Positions 20,182-29,395 of a stretch of DNA of 64,000 nucleotides are shown here, in pieces. Source of the stretch: an uncultured delta proteobacterium (lineage in GTDB: Bacteria > Desulfobacterota > Binatia > UBA9968); contig CAWDPO010000013.1 of the NCBI GenBank assembly GCA_963804165.1, forward strand, positions 32,001-96,000, given 5' to 3'. The notes under the pieces were generated by a model. It did not search any database. It was not told where the DNA came from and saw nothing but the letters and a program-made list of their open reading frames with translations. Numbering within the stretch: position 1 is the stretch's first letter; each line of letters begins with the position of its first letter. Both the position numbers and the translations under genes were made by a program.

Positions 20182-22380
20182 TTAAAGATTTTCCTGCGCT
20201 TGTTTGACTTCTCGGCGACGGGAGTGGAGCACCGGTTCGGTGTAGCCGTTGGCTAGGTCACGGCCGTTTAAGACAAGCTCCAACGCCGCCTGAAAAGCGA
20301 TGCTTCTGTCATAGTCCGGCGCCATGTTGCGGTAGTTCGGATCGCCGCGGTTTTGCCGGTCGACCACCTGCGCCATCCGCCGAAACGTCTCGATGACTTG
20401 ATCCTTCGCGACGATGCCATACTTGAGCCAGTTGGCGATATGCTGGCTGGAGATTCTGAGCGTCGCCCGATCCTCCATCAACGCGACATCGTTGATATTC
20501 GGAACTTTCGAACAGCCGATTCCCTGATCGACCCAGCGAACGACGTAGCCCAGGATGCCCTGCGCGTTGTTATCGAGCTCGCGTTGAATCTCCTCTGACG
20601 TCACATTACGCTCCAACAATAGCGGCGGCGTAAGAATATGCTCGAGGTCCGCGCGGCCTCGTTTCGCCAGCTCGCGCTGCCGTTTGGCGACGTCGACGGT
20701 GTGATAGTGCAGGGCATGAAGCGTCGCCGCGGTCGGCGACGGCACCCAGGCGGTGTTCGCGCCGGCTTGCGGGTGCGCGATCTTGATCCTGACCATCTCG
20801 CGCATTTCTTCCGGCATGGTCCACATGCCCTTGCCGATCTGTGCTTTGCCGCGAAATCCCGTCTCGATGCCGATGTCGACGTTCCAATCTTCGTACGCTT
20901 TGATCCATGGCTGGGTTTTTATCTCTTCCTTCGGCAACATCGCTCCCAACTCCATGCTGGTATGGATCTCGTCGCCGGTGCGATCCAAAAAGCCGGTGTT
21001 GATGAACACCACGCGATCTTTCGCGGCGCGGATGCATTCCTTGAGATTGACCGTGGTGCGCCGCTCTTCGTCCATGATGCCGATCTTGAGAGTTTTCCGC
21101 TTGAGTCCGAGTGCGTCCTCGATCCTTGCGAACAGCTCGACGGTGGCCGCAACTTCCTCCGGCCCATGCTGTTTCGGTTTGACGATATAAATGCTCCCCG
21201 TCTTACTGTTACGATATTCTCCCTTGCTCTTCAGATCGTGAATCGCGGCAAGCACCGTGAGCATGCCGTCCAGAAAACCCTCGGGAATCTCCTCGCCGCT
21301 CGTCGTCACTGCGGCGTCGGTGTACATGTGAATGCCGACATTGCGCACCAGTAGCAGGCTTCTGCCGGGCAAGGTAAGCTTTCTTCCGGTCGGCGTGGTA
21401 AAGACTTTGTCCGGATTCAACCTTCGGGTTAGCGGCCGGCCGTTTTTTTCGAATGTGGTTTCTAGGGTTCCTTTCATCAGGCCGCACCAATGTCGATAGA
21501 CCGTCGCCTTGTCGGCGGCGTCCACCGCCGCGACCGCGTCCTCGCAATCTTCGATGGTGGTGATCGCCGCCTCGAGGACCACATCTTGCACGCCTGCCGG
21601 GTGGGCCTTGCCGATGGGATGGTTGCGGTCGAATTGAATCTCGATGCGCGCGCCATTGTTTCCAAGCACGATGTTCGTCAACTCCCCGGCGTTTTCCCGA
21701 TAGCCGAGAAACTTTCGTCCGTCGGCTAGACCTGTTGTCTTGCCGTCCTTGAGCATCACAGCGAGTTGTTTCTTACGGCCGAAGCGCTTGAGAAAAAATC
21801 GGCCGACCTCTGAGTAACTGCCGCGTTTAAGGGCGATGACTTTGTCTAAAAACTCCTCGGTGTAGGCGATGACCTTGGCGCCGCGTCTGGGATTGTAGTG
21901 CTCACCCTTTTCCGCGCCTGCCTCTTCCGGGATCACGTTAGTACCGTAGAGCGCGTCGTAGAGACTTCCCCAGCGGGCATTGGCGGCGTTCAAGGCGTAG
22001 CGGGCGTTGTCGAGCGGCACTACCAGCTGTGCCCCGGCGATGGACGCGATTTCGGCGTCGACGTTGGCCGTGGCGATTTTGAATTTTTTCTCTTCGGGGA
22101 CGAGGTAACCGATCTCGCGCAGAAAGGCAGTGTAATCCGCGCGATTGAACGGCTGGCCGGAGCGGGCCAGGTGCCATTCATCGATCTGCTTTTGCAGCCG
22201 GTCGCGCTTGGCCAAGAGCGCGCGATTCTTCGGCCCGAGATCCCTCACGATCGTGCCGAGGGATTTCCAAAAACCGTCGGCCTTTACCCCGGTTCCGGGC
22301 GCGATCTCGTCGCGCACCAGACGATAGAGCCGTTCATCGATCCTGAGACCGCCGACCTCCACTCTGTTGGCCATGGTCAT
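20182..22380 (-). CDS. glcB: Malate synthase G
   Basis: [64 protein letters not shown]. Confidence 0.97.
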   Translation of the reverse strand: MTMANRVEVGGLRIDERLYRLVRDEIAPGTGVKADGFWKSLGTIVRDLGPKNRALLAKRDRLQKQIDEWHLARSGQPFNRADYTAFLREIGYLVPEEKKFKIATANVDAEIASIAGAQLVVPLDNARYALNAANARWGSLYDALYGTNVIPEEAGAEKGEHYNPRRGAKVIAYTEEFLDKVIALKRGSYSEVGRFFLKRFGRKKQLAVMLKDGKTTGLADGRKFLGYRENAGELTNIVLGNNGARIEIQFDRNHPIGKAHPAGVQDVVLEAAITTIEDCEDAVAAVDAADKATVYRHWCGLMKGTLETTFEKNGRPLTRRLNPDKVFTTPTGRKLTLPGRSLLLVRNVGIHMYTDAAVTTSGEEIPEGFLDGMLTVLAAIHDLKSKGEYRNSKTGSIYIVKPKQHGPEEVAATVELFARIEDALGLKRKTLKIGIMDEERRTTVNLKECIRAAKDRVVFINTGFLDRTGDEIHTSMELGAMLPKEEIKTQPWIKAYEDWNVDIGIETGFRGKAQIGKGMWTMPEEMREMVRIKIAHPQAGANTAWVPSPTAATLHALHYHTVDVAKRQRELAKRGRADLEHILTPPLLLERNVTSEEIQRELDNNAQGILGYVVRWVDQGIGCSKVPNINDVALMEDRATLRISSQHIANWLKYGIVAKDQVIETFRRMAQVVDRQNRGDPNYRNMAPDYDRSIAFQAALELVLNGRDLANGYTEPVLHSRRREVKQAQENL

Positions 22381-22611
22381 CTCCGTTTCGTGTGCATCCG
22401 AGGCGGGCACAGAAGCTCACGGCGAGACGCAAAACCCTTTAGCGCGCTTCGGATAGTTTTACTCTTGAGCTCTATCCCCTTTTTACCAACTCCGTCGGTC
22501 GTTAAAAACACCCATACCGCGCCCAACTGCTGCACGGCTCACCAATGCCATACGGCATGGAGTCTCATATCGCGGCCGCGTTTACCATAGGAAGCCGTCC
22601 ACCGGCACGAT

Positions 22612-23796
22612 TCAAACCAACTCGACCGTGAGCGGATTGTAGGAGTAGAGCCATCCGTTTCGGTCCGCTCCTTCGTCCCGGTTGGCAAACGACGCGCGAA
22701 TTTCATCGACGGTGCGCAGATGAAACAGCGTCCGATTGGCGGTCGATTGATTGACGATCCGCACGGTCCGGTCGACGCGGTTACGCTGGTAAAGCTGCAA
22801 CGCGTCGGCAATCGAATCCGCCTGATCCAGCGCTCGCGTCAGCACTGCGCCGTCCTCGATCGCCATGCAAGCACCCTGAGCGAGATAAGGCAGCGTGGGA
22901 TGCACTGCGTCCCCCAAGAGCGCAGCTCGGCGGGTGATCCAGTTCCTGATCGTGGGTCTGTAGTGTAGCGACCAGCGATAGCATCCCTCCCGATCGGCCG
23001 CGTCGATGATCGTCTGAACATCGGCATGCCAACCCGCGAAATCCGCCTTGAACCTTTTCCAGGGAAACTTAGCCGTCCACGATTCCTCGGAAATTTCATC
23101 GGTCTCCACGAGCCCGACGAAGTTGAGCATGGCGCCGGCGCGCAGGTAGTAGGCCACGACATGCCGCCCGGGCCCCATCCAAACCATCATGACCTGTTCC
23201 ATGAAATTCCGCGGCAAGCGCTCGATCGGGACCGTGATGCGCCAGGCGGCATCGCCTGTGTAGGTCGCGGGAATATTTCCGTTGAGCTGTTGGCAGATGA
23301 TGGACTTGAGACCGTCCGCGCCAAGCAAAAGGTCGCCCTGGACAATCGTGCCGTCGGCAAGACGGAGCGTAACGCCGTCGCCGCTCTCTTCGAATCCGAT
23401 GACTCGGCAGTTCAGTCGAATGGCGTTACGCTTGAGCGCAAGCACCCTCGCGGCGAGCAGAGTGTGAACATCGGCGCGGTGAACCTGGTAATACGGCGCG
23501 CCGTGCATTTTTTCATGCTCATCGGACAGCGCAAATCGGTGAATCTCTTCACCGCTGTCATGGAGCCGGAAGACGTAGGCCCCTGGTCGAACGCCCACCT
23601 CGGCTAACGCCGGTCCAAGCCCAAGATGGTGCAGCACATGGGTCGCGTTGGCGCTTAGCTGGAGGCCGGCTCCGATCTCGCTCAGCTCGGATGCCTGCTC
23701 GAAGATCGTGACATCATGCCCTGCCTGCAAAAGGCTTGCTCCAGCAGTCAATCCGCCGATCCCGGCTCCGGCAATGACGATCCTGTGCCGCGTCAC
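22612..23796 (-). CDS. FAD-dependent monooxygenase (salicylate/3-hydroxybenzoate hydroxylase-like)
   Basis: GAGIGGL, GADGLKS, LLGDAVHPTLPYLAQGACMAIED. Confidence 0.92.
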   Translation of the reverse strand: MTRHRIVIAGAGIGGLTAGASLLQAGHDVTIFEQASELSEIGAGLQLSANATHVLHHLGLGPALAEVGVRPGAYVFRLHDSGEEIHRFALSDEHEKMHGAPYYQVHRADVHTLLAARVLALKRNAIRLNCRVIGFEESGDGVTLRLADGTIVQGDLLLGADGLKSIICQQLNGNIPATYTGDAAWRITVPIERLPRNFMEQVMMVWMGPGRHVVAYYLRAGAMLNFVGLVETDEISEESWTAKFPWKRFKADFAGWHADVQTIIDAADREGCYRWSLHYRPTIRNWITRRAALLGDAVHPTLPYLAQGACMAIEDGAVLTRALDQADSIADALQLYQRNRVDRTVRIVNQSTANRTLFHLRTVDEIRASFANRDEGADRNGWLYSYNPLTVELV

Positions 23797-23954
23797 TCGG
23801 TGCTCCTAGCGATAGTTATTCTTTCCGCCGATGAATTCATTCGCATCGGGTATACAATAACACGCGAGCCCGCCACGACTTAAACGCAATCGTTCGGATC
23901 GAAGCTCGGTGGTTCGCTGAATGTCTCATATCGGCCGGCACCCGGTGAGCGGCT

Positions 23955-24310
23955 GGCATAACAATCTTTACCGAATTCAACGGCGGGCGCCAGCGGTGCA
24001 AAGTGTGTTTGGATAGACAGGCGCGACCCAATTACCGGCCCCGGACGAGTGGTGGGTTGGGCGATGAGCCAACGAATCGATCAGCGGTTGGTCTTTGGAT
24101 GCCTCGGCGTGAAATCTCAAATCTCGTTAAATCAAGTGGTTGATTCTAGCCTGCTCCAGAGCGGCGTCGTCAAAGAGTTAAGCTTGACCAGGTGAAGCGA
24201 CGCGGATGACACAGAGGATAGCAGATAGCAGAGATGGTAGGCATAACAATTTTACCGAATTTTGCGCCAGGCCCAGGGTGCAAGGATTGTTTGGATATCC
24301 AGCACGACCC
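23955..24310. repeat. Two diverged direct copies of a ~72-76 bp unit (23955-24030 and 24240-24310)
   Basis: Both begin GGCATAACAAT(C)TTTACCGAATT and continue CCAG(C)GGTGCAA..TGTTTGGATA..CGACCC. Confidence 0.7.
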
Positions 24311-24352
24311 CAGCTACGACCTGCACTTAAATACTGGACGCACCGCATCGCC

Positions 24353-24943
24353 TCATTCATGGAAACGACGCGTGGCGGCGGCGGCCGCTTCTTTCACTCC
24401 GGGCAGAGGGCAGAAATTGTTGGCCTCTATGCCGAAGACCGGATTGAACTTGCTGCGAAAGTTCTCGAGCGCAATCACCGCCGCCAACTCTACCAACTCC
24501 TCGTCGGTAAAATGTTTCTTGAGACGTTTGAAAAATTTATCCGTGACCCGTTTACCGGTGTAGGTCATGCGCTCGGCCAGCTCCAGCGCCAGCCGCTCCC
24601 GCACGGAAAACAACGGGTTTTTCTTGTAATCTCCCAGCACCGCTTCGACTTTCTCTGCCGTAGCTCCGTTTTGCATCGCCCCGGATGCATTGCTGTCGAT
24701 TCAATACGGGCAACCGTTGATATGAGCAGTCCTGACGCACACCAGGTTGCGTAGCTCCTGCGCTATCAGTCCCGATTGCTGAATTCCTTGAGCGAGCGCC
24801 TGGACTCCTTTCTGGATGGTCGGCCTGACGGCTGAGACCTGCGCGGCGTTTGACACAAAGCCATGACGTTTTTTCTGCTCGTCAAAAATTTGCCGCACCT
24901 CATCATTGGCGTCACTTTCCGTTACACCTTTGATCCTGGCCAT
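24353..24943 (-). CDS. AhpD/carboxymuconolactone decarboxylase family protein, probable selenoprotein (CPYU, UGA 24701-24703)
   Basis: ORFs 24701-24943 and 24353-24676 are in one frame separated only by TGA at the second Cys of the AhpD INGCxxC motif; hairpin TGCATC-CGGGGC-GATGCA starts 12 nt after UGA. Confidence 0.85.
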
Positions 24944-25016
24944 GAATCCTCCTTCTGATTTACTTCACGATGCTGGAGCCGGCGTTTTCCGTGATGGTCC
25001 CTCGCTTTCGCTTAGC

Positions 25017-25724
25017 TTAGGCCGCTCTCTCCATCGCTTGCGCCATGCCGCCGAAATAGACGCGGTGGATGTCCATCGAATCCGTCGCCGTCGTCACGAC
25101 ATCCTGCTCCCGTCCCGGCGCGACATATTTTTCCAGAACATCGATGAACATGTCCGAGTGTTTCACGTCGGCCTTGCTATGCGCGGTGAAGTTCGGCACC
25201 TGAGCGGCGGTGAAATTTAGGTCCCGCGACCAAATCTTGTAGAGCCGGCTGCAATTGCCTCCGCCGATGTCGCCCAACAGCCGATCGTCATTGGTCCACT
25301 CGGCGATGGTCGACGCGGCGATGGCTTCCTGCCATGGACGGGTGCGCGCGATCCAGAACCACGCGTACATGGCCGCCTTGGTGGTGGGCAACGGCGCCGC
25401 GTTCATCACATCATCGGCGCTCAAACCGACTTCTTTTCCTTGACGAACGATGAGATCCATATGGCCGACCTTTGAGTGCTCGTCTTCGACCAGCTCCTCA
25501 TACTCGTGCGCCAAGATTCGTTGTTTAACTTCGAACTCCGGACAATTGGCCGCCACCTGCGGCCAATTGTTGCGTCGCTGGCGCGCATAAAGGCCCAGCT
25601 GCAAGAGATAAATTCGCGCCCGCTCCGGCGTCATTTTGATCGAGTAGAAATGTTCCATCTCGGGCGTGCGAAAGAAGTCCCTGACACACTCACCGAGCGC
25701 CTGCCGCCATTGTTGTGCTTTCAT
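25017..25724 (-). CDS. Heme-oxygenase-like diiron protein (TenA/PqqC/CADD superfamily)
   Basis: HEYEE..GH, IAEW and HSKADVKH match the E..H / E / H-x3-D-x2-H ligand pattern; GGAGG RBS before ATG 25724. Confidence 0.75.
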   Translation of the reverse strand: MKAQQWRQALGECVRDFFRTPEMEHFYSIKMTPERARIYLLQLGLYARQRRNNWPQVAANCPEFEVKQRILAHEYEELVEDEHSKVGHMDLIVRQGKEVGLSADDVMNAAPLPTTKAAMYAWFWIARTRPWQEAIAASTIAEWTNDDRLLGDIGGGNCSRLYKIWSRDLNFTAAQVPNFTAHSKADVKHSDMFIDVLEKYVAPGREQDVVTTATDSMDIHRVYFGGMAQAMERAA

Positions 25725-25785
25725 CGAAATACCTCCTGAGTGTCTTGAATCTAAGTTCTTTAAATAATGTTTTGAGCTCTTTAGA

Positions 25786-25876
25786 GTCACAGCGGTGAAA
25801 GCCGGTATCCAGATCTCTCCGAAATTCCCGGATTCCAGGTCGCCCCAGGCCTTTTGCCGGGGTTGCCCGGAATGAC
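25786..25876. repeat. REP-like palindromic element
   Basis: GTCACAGCGGTGAAAGCCGGTATCCAG...GGATTCC...CCGGAATGAC, intergenic within an operon. Confidence 0.55.
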
Positions 25877-25908
25877 GTTTGAATAATGCTGCGAACTTCG
25901 TTCCATGA

Positions 25909-26871
25909 CTACCGTGCCGCCTTGGCAAAAACTTTTTCGATAAAGCCGTCCTTCGCCAGTTTATCGACCACGCTATTATCGATGACTTTGGCAGTGAGCG
26001 TTTCAGCGTCGACGCCTTTGACGGGTTCGAACTCCAAGACCGTCGCCACATTTCGGGTATCGACCCGCGGTGTCTTTTCGGTGAACTTGGTGACGAGGGC
26101 GTAAGTTTCGTCGAGAAAATTCGGATCACTCCGTTTGAAATATTTTGCCAGCACCTTGAGCGTGGTCTCCCGGTCGTGATTCATCGCGCCGACGGCTTCG
26201 ATATAGGCTTTGACCACGCGCTCCGCGGTATCGGGATTCTTTTGCAGAAACTCCCGGGTGACCGCCATGACGTTCATGGAAAAGGGAATGTCCAGATCAA
26301 AAGCGTTTAGCAGCGCTCGCGCCGGCGCTCCTGGCTTGACTCCGGTCACGATGCCGGCAACTTGCTTCTGCTCAAAAGCCGCTTGCATTTCCGGCGTGCC
26401 GCCGAGCGGGCGCATGGTGACGGATTTTTCCAGCCCAAGCTTGCGCAAAATCAATGTCGTCACCGTGTGCCCCGATGAATTGAAGCGCGAGATGCCCAGG
26501 GTTTGTCCTTTGAGCTGATCGGCGCGCGCGATGTCGGGTTGGACATAGAGAGTCATCGCCGGGCGATTGGTCATCGCCGCGATCGTCAGCACCGGCGCGC
26601 CGCGCGCCGCCGCCAAGACGACGCCGCTGATCCCAGGGGCGCTCACGTCGAGGCTGCCACCGAGGAGCGCCTGGATATTCATTCCGCTGGAAGGAATATA
26701 AATAAGCTGCACGTCGAGACCGTATTTTTTGAACGCGCCGGTCTCATGGGCCATCCAGACGCCCGCAACGGTGGGCCCGACGACTGAATAGGACAATCGA
26801 AGAGGAGCGGCCGACACCTCGCCCGCACAACAAAGCCAGAGCGCCGCAACCTGCGAAAGCAGCTTTTTCAT
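25909..26871 (-). CDS. NitT/TauT-type ABC substrate-binding protein (no adjacent permease)
   Basis: Signal peptide; GAFKKYGLDVQLIYI, QLKGQTLGISRFNS. Confidence 0.85.
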   Translation of the reverse strand: MKKLLSQVAALWLCCAGEVSAAPLRLSYSVVGPTVAGVWMAHETGAFKKYGLDVQLIYIPSSGMNIQALLGGSLDVSAPGISGVVLAAARGAPVLTIAAMTNRPAMTLYVQPDIARADQLKGQTLGISRFNSSGHTVTTLILRKLGLEKSVTMRPLGGTPEMQAAFEQKQVAGIVTGVKPGAPARALLNAFDLDIPFSMNVMAVTREFLQKNPDTAERVVKAYIEAVGAMNHDRETTLKVLAKYFKRSDPNFLDETYALVTKFTEKTPRVDTRNVATVLEFEPVKGVDAETLTAKVIDNSVVDKLAKDGFIEKVFAKAAR

Positions 26872-27069
26872 ACCGGCTCACTCCTATAAGACTGCCAACT
26901 CGAAACGACGACAAATTACGGCTGTTGCGGTGGGACCGTCAAGAGCCAAAAAACGCAGCGCGTTCGTTGACAACCAATTCCCCATCTAGCTACTCTCCGC
27001 CTTGGTTCGGAGTAAAACCAACATACCCGACAGCCCAAGGCCCAAATTCTAAAGCGAAGGAGCTCACCG

Positions 27070-28374
27070 ATGCGTCCGTGGTTTTGCCAAATTTCTTTTA
27101 TCTTCGTCACCCTCTGCGCGTTTCCGCTGCGCGATGCCGCGCCGCAAAGCCCGCCGGTTTATCTGCAACTCAGCCCGACGGTCAAAGCTGTGCTCTATTC
27201 GCCCGAGGCGAGCGTCAAAGCGCGCGTCGCTGTGCTCAACATGCATGAAGACGGCAACCGCTTGAGCGATATCGCGTGCACCGAGCTGGTCAAGCGGGGC
27301 TTTTACGTGCTGTGCATGAATGGCCGCTCGGACAACAACGAAGCGCTGGATTTTTGGAACGATCTGCCGCTCGACGTCGCGACCGGCGTCAAATACCTCA
27401 AGGACACGATGAAGGCGTCGAAAATCCTTCTTTACGGCGGCAGCGGCGGCGCGCCATTGATGACCTTTTATCAAAACGTCGCGCAAAATGGCCCGTCGGT
27501 TTGTCAAGGCGCGAACAAGCTCATCCCTTGCGGCAATGAACTTGCCGGGCTGCCGCCAGCGGACGGCATCATCTTGCGCGACGCCCACCCGGGTACCGCG
27601 GTCAATACATTGCGCTCGATCAATCCGTCGGTGCAACAGGACGACAAACCGGAACGGATCAACGCCACCCTCGATCCGTTCAGCGCCAAAAACGGCTTCA
27701 ACGGCACCGGCTCGAGCAGTTACTCGGGTGAATTCAAAGAGCGCTATTTCAAAGCTCAGGCGGCGCGCATGAATCGGCTCGTCGACGCGGCGCTAGGGAA
27801 ATTACGCGCCATCGAAGCGGGCAAATACTACTACAAGGACGACGACGCCTTCGTGATCCACAAAAGCGAGGGCGGCCGTCTGTCGGAAATGGATTTGACG
27901 ATTCATCCCGGCACCGTCAAAGCACACAACCTTTTGAAGAACGACGGCACGATCGTGACTGAGGTCATAAGTAGCGCGAGGGTCGCCGATAGCCGAGGTC
28001 CCGAACGCGCCAAATCTTTCCACGAAGGTTCGAAGTTTTTGACGCTAAAATCTTTTCTCGGCACGCGGGCGATACGCGCGAAGCACTCGCAGGACGATAT
28101 CGACTATTGCTCCAACAACAACTCAACGCCTTGTCACCTGCGGAAGATCACCGTGCCGATCCTGATCCTCGGCATGGGCGGCCACTATTTTTTGCGCGAC
28201 AACGAGGTCCACTACGAGGTCTCGGCCAGCGCCGACAAAGAATACATCGTCATCGAAGGCGCCTCCCATGGCATACGGCCTTGCAAGGTTTGCGAGACGA
28301 CACCCGGTCAGTATTCCAACACGGTCAAAAACACTTTCGATTACATGCAAAAATGGATCAATGCGCGGTTCTAA
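27070..28374 (+). CDS. Exported Cys-rich alpha/beta hydrolase
   Basis: Signal peptide; GGSGGA elbow; VIEGASHG with candidate catalytic His; AAGGAG RBS. Confidence 0.8.
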   Translation: MRPWFCQISFIFVTLCAFPLRDAAPQSPPVYLQLSPTVKAVLYSPEASVKARVAVLNMHEDGNRLSDIACTELVKRGFYVLCMNGRSDNNEALDFWNDLPLDVATGVKYLKDTMKASKILLYGGSGGAPLMTFYQNVAQNGPSVCQGANKLIPCGNELAGLPPADGIILRDAHPGTAVNTLRSINPSVQQDDKPERINATLDPFSAKNGFNGTGSSSYSGEFKERYFKAQAARMNRLVDAALGKLRAIEAGKYYYKDDDAFVIHKSEGGRLSEMDLTIHPGTVKAHNLLKNDGTIVTEVISSARVADSRGPERAKSFHEGSKFLTLKSFLGTRAIRAKHSQDDIDYCSNNNSTPCHLRKITVPILILGMGGHYFLRDNEVHYEVSASADKEYIVIEGASHGIRPCKVCETTPGQYSNTVKNTFDYMQKWINARF

Positions 28375-28703
28375 ATGGACTCCGTGAGCGTCTCGCATGA
28401 AATTTGGAAAATCAGGTGCCCAAAGTCACGCCTCTCGAAGCTCTCGGAATCAAGTCGACGAAGGTTTTCTCTGGGGGCCGCAAAGTCGCCGGCACTGAAG
28501 GCTGGAAATCTGAGTAGCTCGGTATCACCGCGTCTTTGATTCCTGCTTGTCTCCGACGTCAACCTATCGTTTTTAGACGCCGTCTTCATGGAAAATCTTC
28601 CCTTGCCCTTTCTTCGAAAGCGACCCGCGGCAGGTTGCGTTAGCGTTGGTCTTTTCAGGATCTCAAGCAAAGATTTCTGTGAGCTTCTACCGAGTCAAAA
28701 AAT

Positions 28704-29333
28704 ATGGATTTCGAAACAGCCGTTGCGACGCTGAATTGCGTACTGGAAAGAAAACAACCCGCTGAATTTCATAGCTCGTGGATAAGGAGAAACGCTCCAC
28801 GCTGCTATCGATTCATCCAGAAAAACGTCCGTCGTGAATACGGCGGAATCGACTGGGATCGGCTTACCTATGCATTAGAGCGTCGCTTTCAGAGATTGTG
28901 GAGACCTCGAATTGCGAAGAAACCGATTCTGTATGAAGACCCAGCTCAAGTTCAAACGATCCTCAACAAGTACCGAGATAAATTGTATGTATTCATCGCA
29001 GCGTCGAACAAAAATGAAAGACGGATCAGAGATGTTATCGGCATCAGCTTGGTACGACTCGCTCAAAGCGGAAATCTGCTCGCTCGAATACGCCTGATGG
29101 AACTCCTTAGCTATACGATTGACGATTGGATCGAGCGGCACTATCCGGTCTCGCGGTGGCGTGGCTATGAAGAGGAAATGCAAAAGCAGCTCGAGGCGTG
29201 CATTCGTCGCTACCGTTATAGCGGCTCATTTTTGACTTACCTATTCCGCACGCTCGAGTATGCTGCGAGAGGCCTTGTGCGACCGCGCGTATATTCATTA
29301 GATCATAGCCAAGGACTTTGGACTTCCGGTTGA
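28704..29333 (+). CDS. Hypothetical protein; C-terminal half resembles sigma-70 region 1.2/2
   Basis: LVRLAQSGNLLARIRLMELL...IRRYRYSGSFLTYLFRTLE; visibly more AT-rich than flanks. Confidence 0.6.
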   Translation: MDFETAVATLNCVLERKQPAEFHSSWIRRNAPRCYRFIQKNVRREYGGIDWDRLTYALERRFQRLWRPRIAKKPILYEDPAQVQTILNKYRDKLYVFIAASNKNERRIRDVIGISLVRLAQSGNLLARIRLMELLSYTIDDWIERHYPVSRWRGYEEEMQKQLEACIRRYRYSGSFLTYLFRTLEYAARGLVRPRVYSLDHSQGLWTSG

Positions 29334-29395
29334 ACAGTTGGCGGCGACGACCCCACCCCTGCAGTTTTCAACCATCTCGGTTAATCTTTAAGGCC

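Noticed and set aside
25725-26129. N-terminal extension of the 370-aa ORF 25017-26129
   Set aside because: Overlaps the SBP gene and a repeat; GGAGG RBS supports start at 25724
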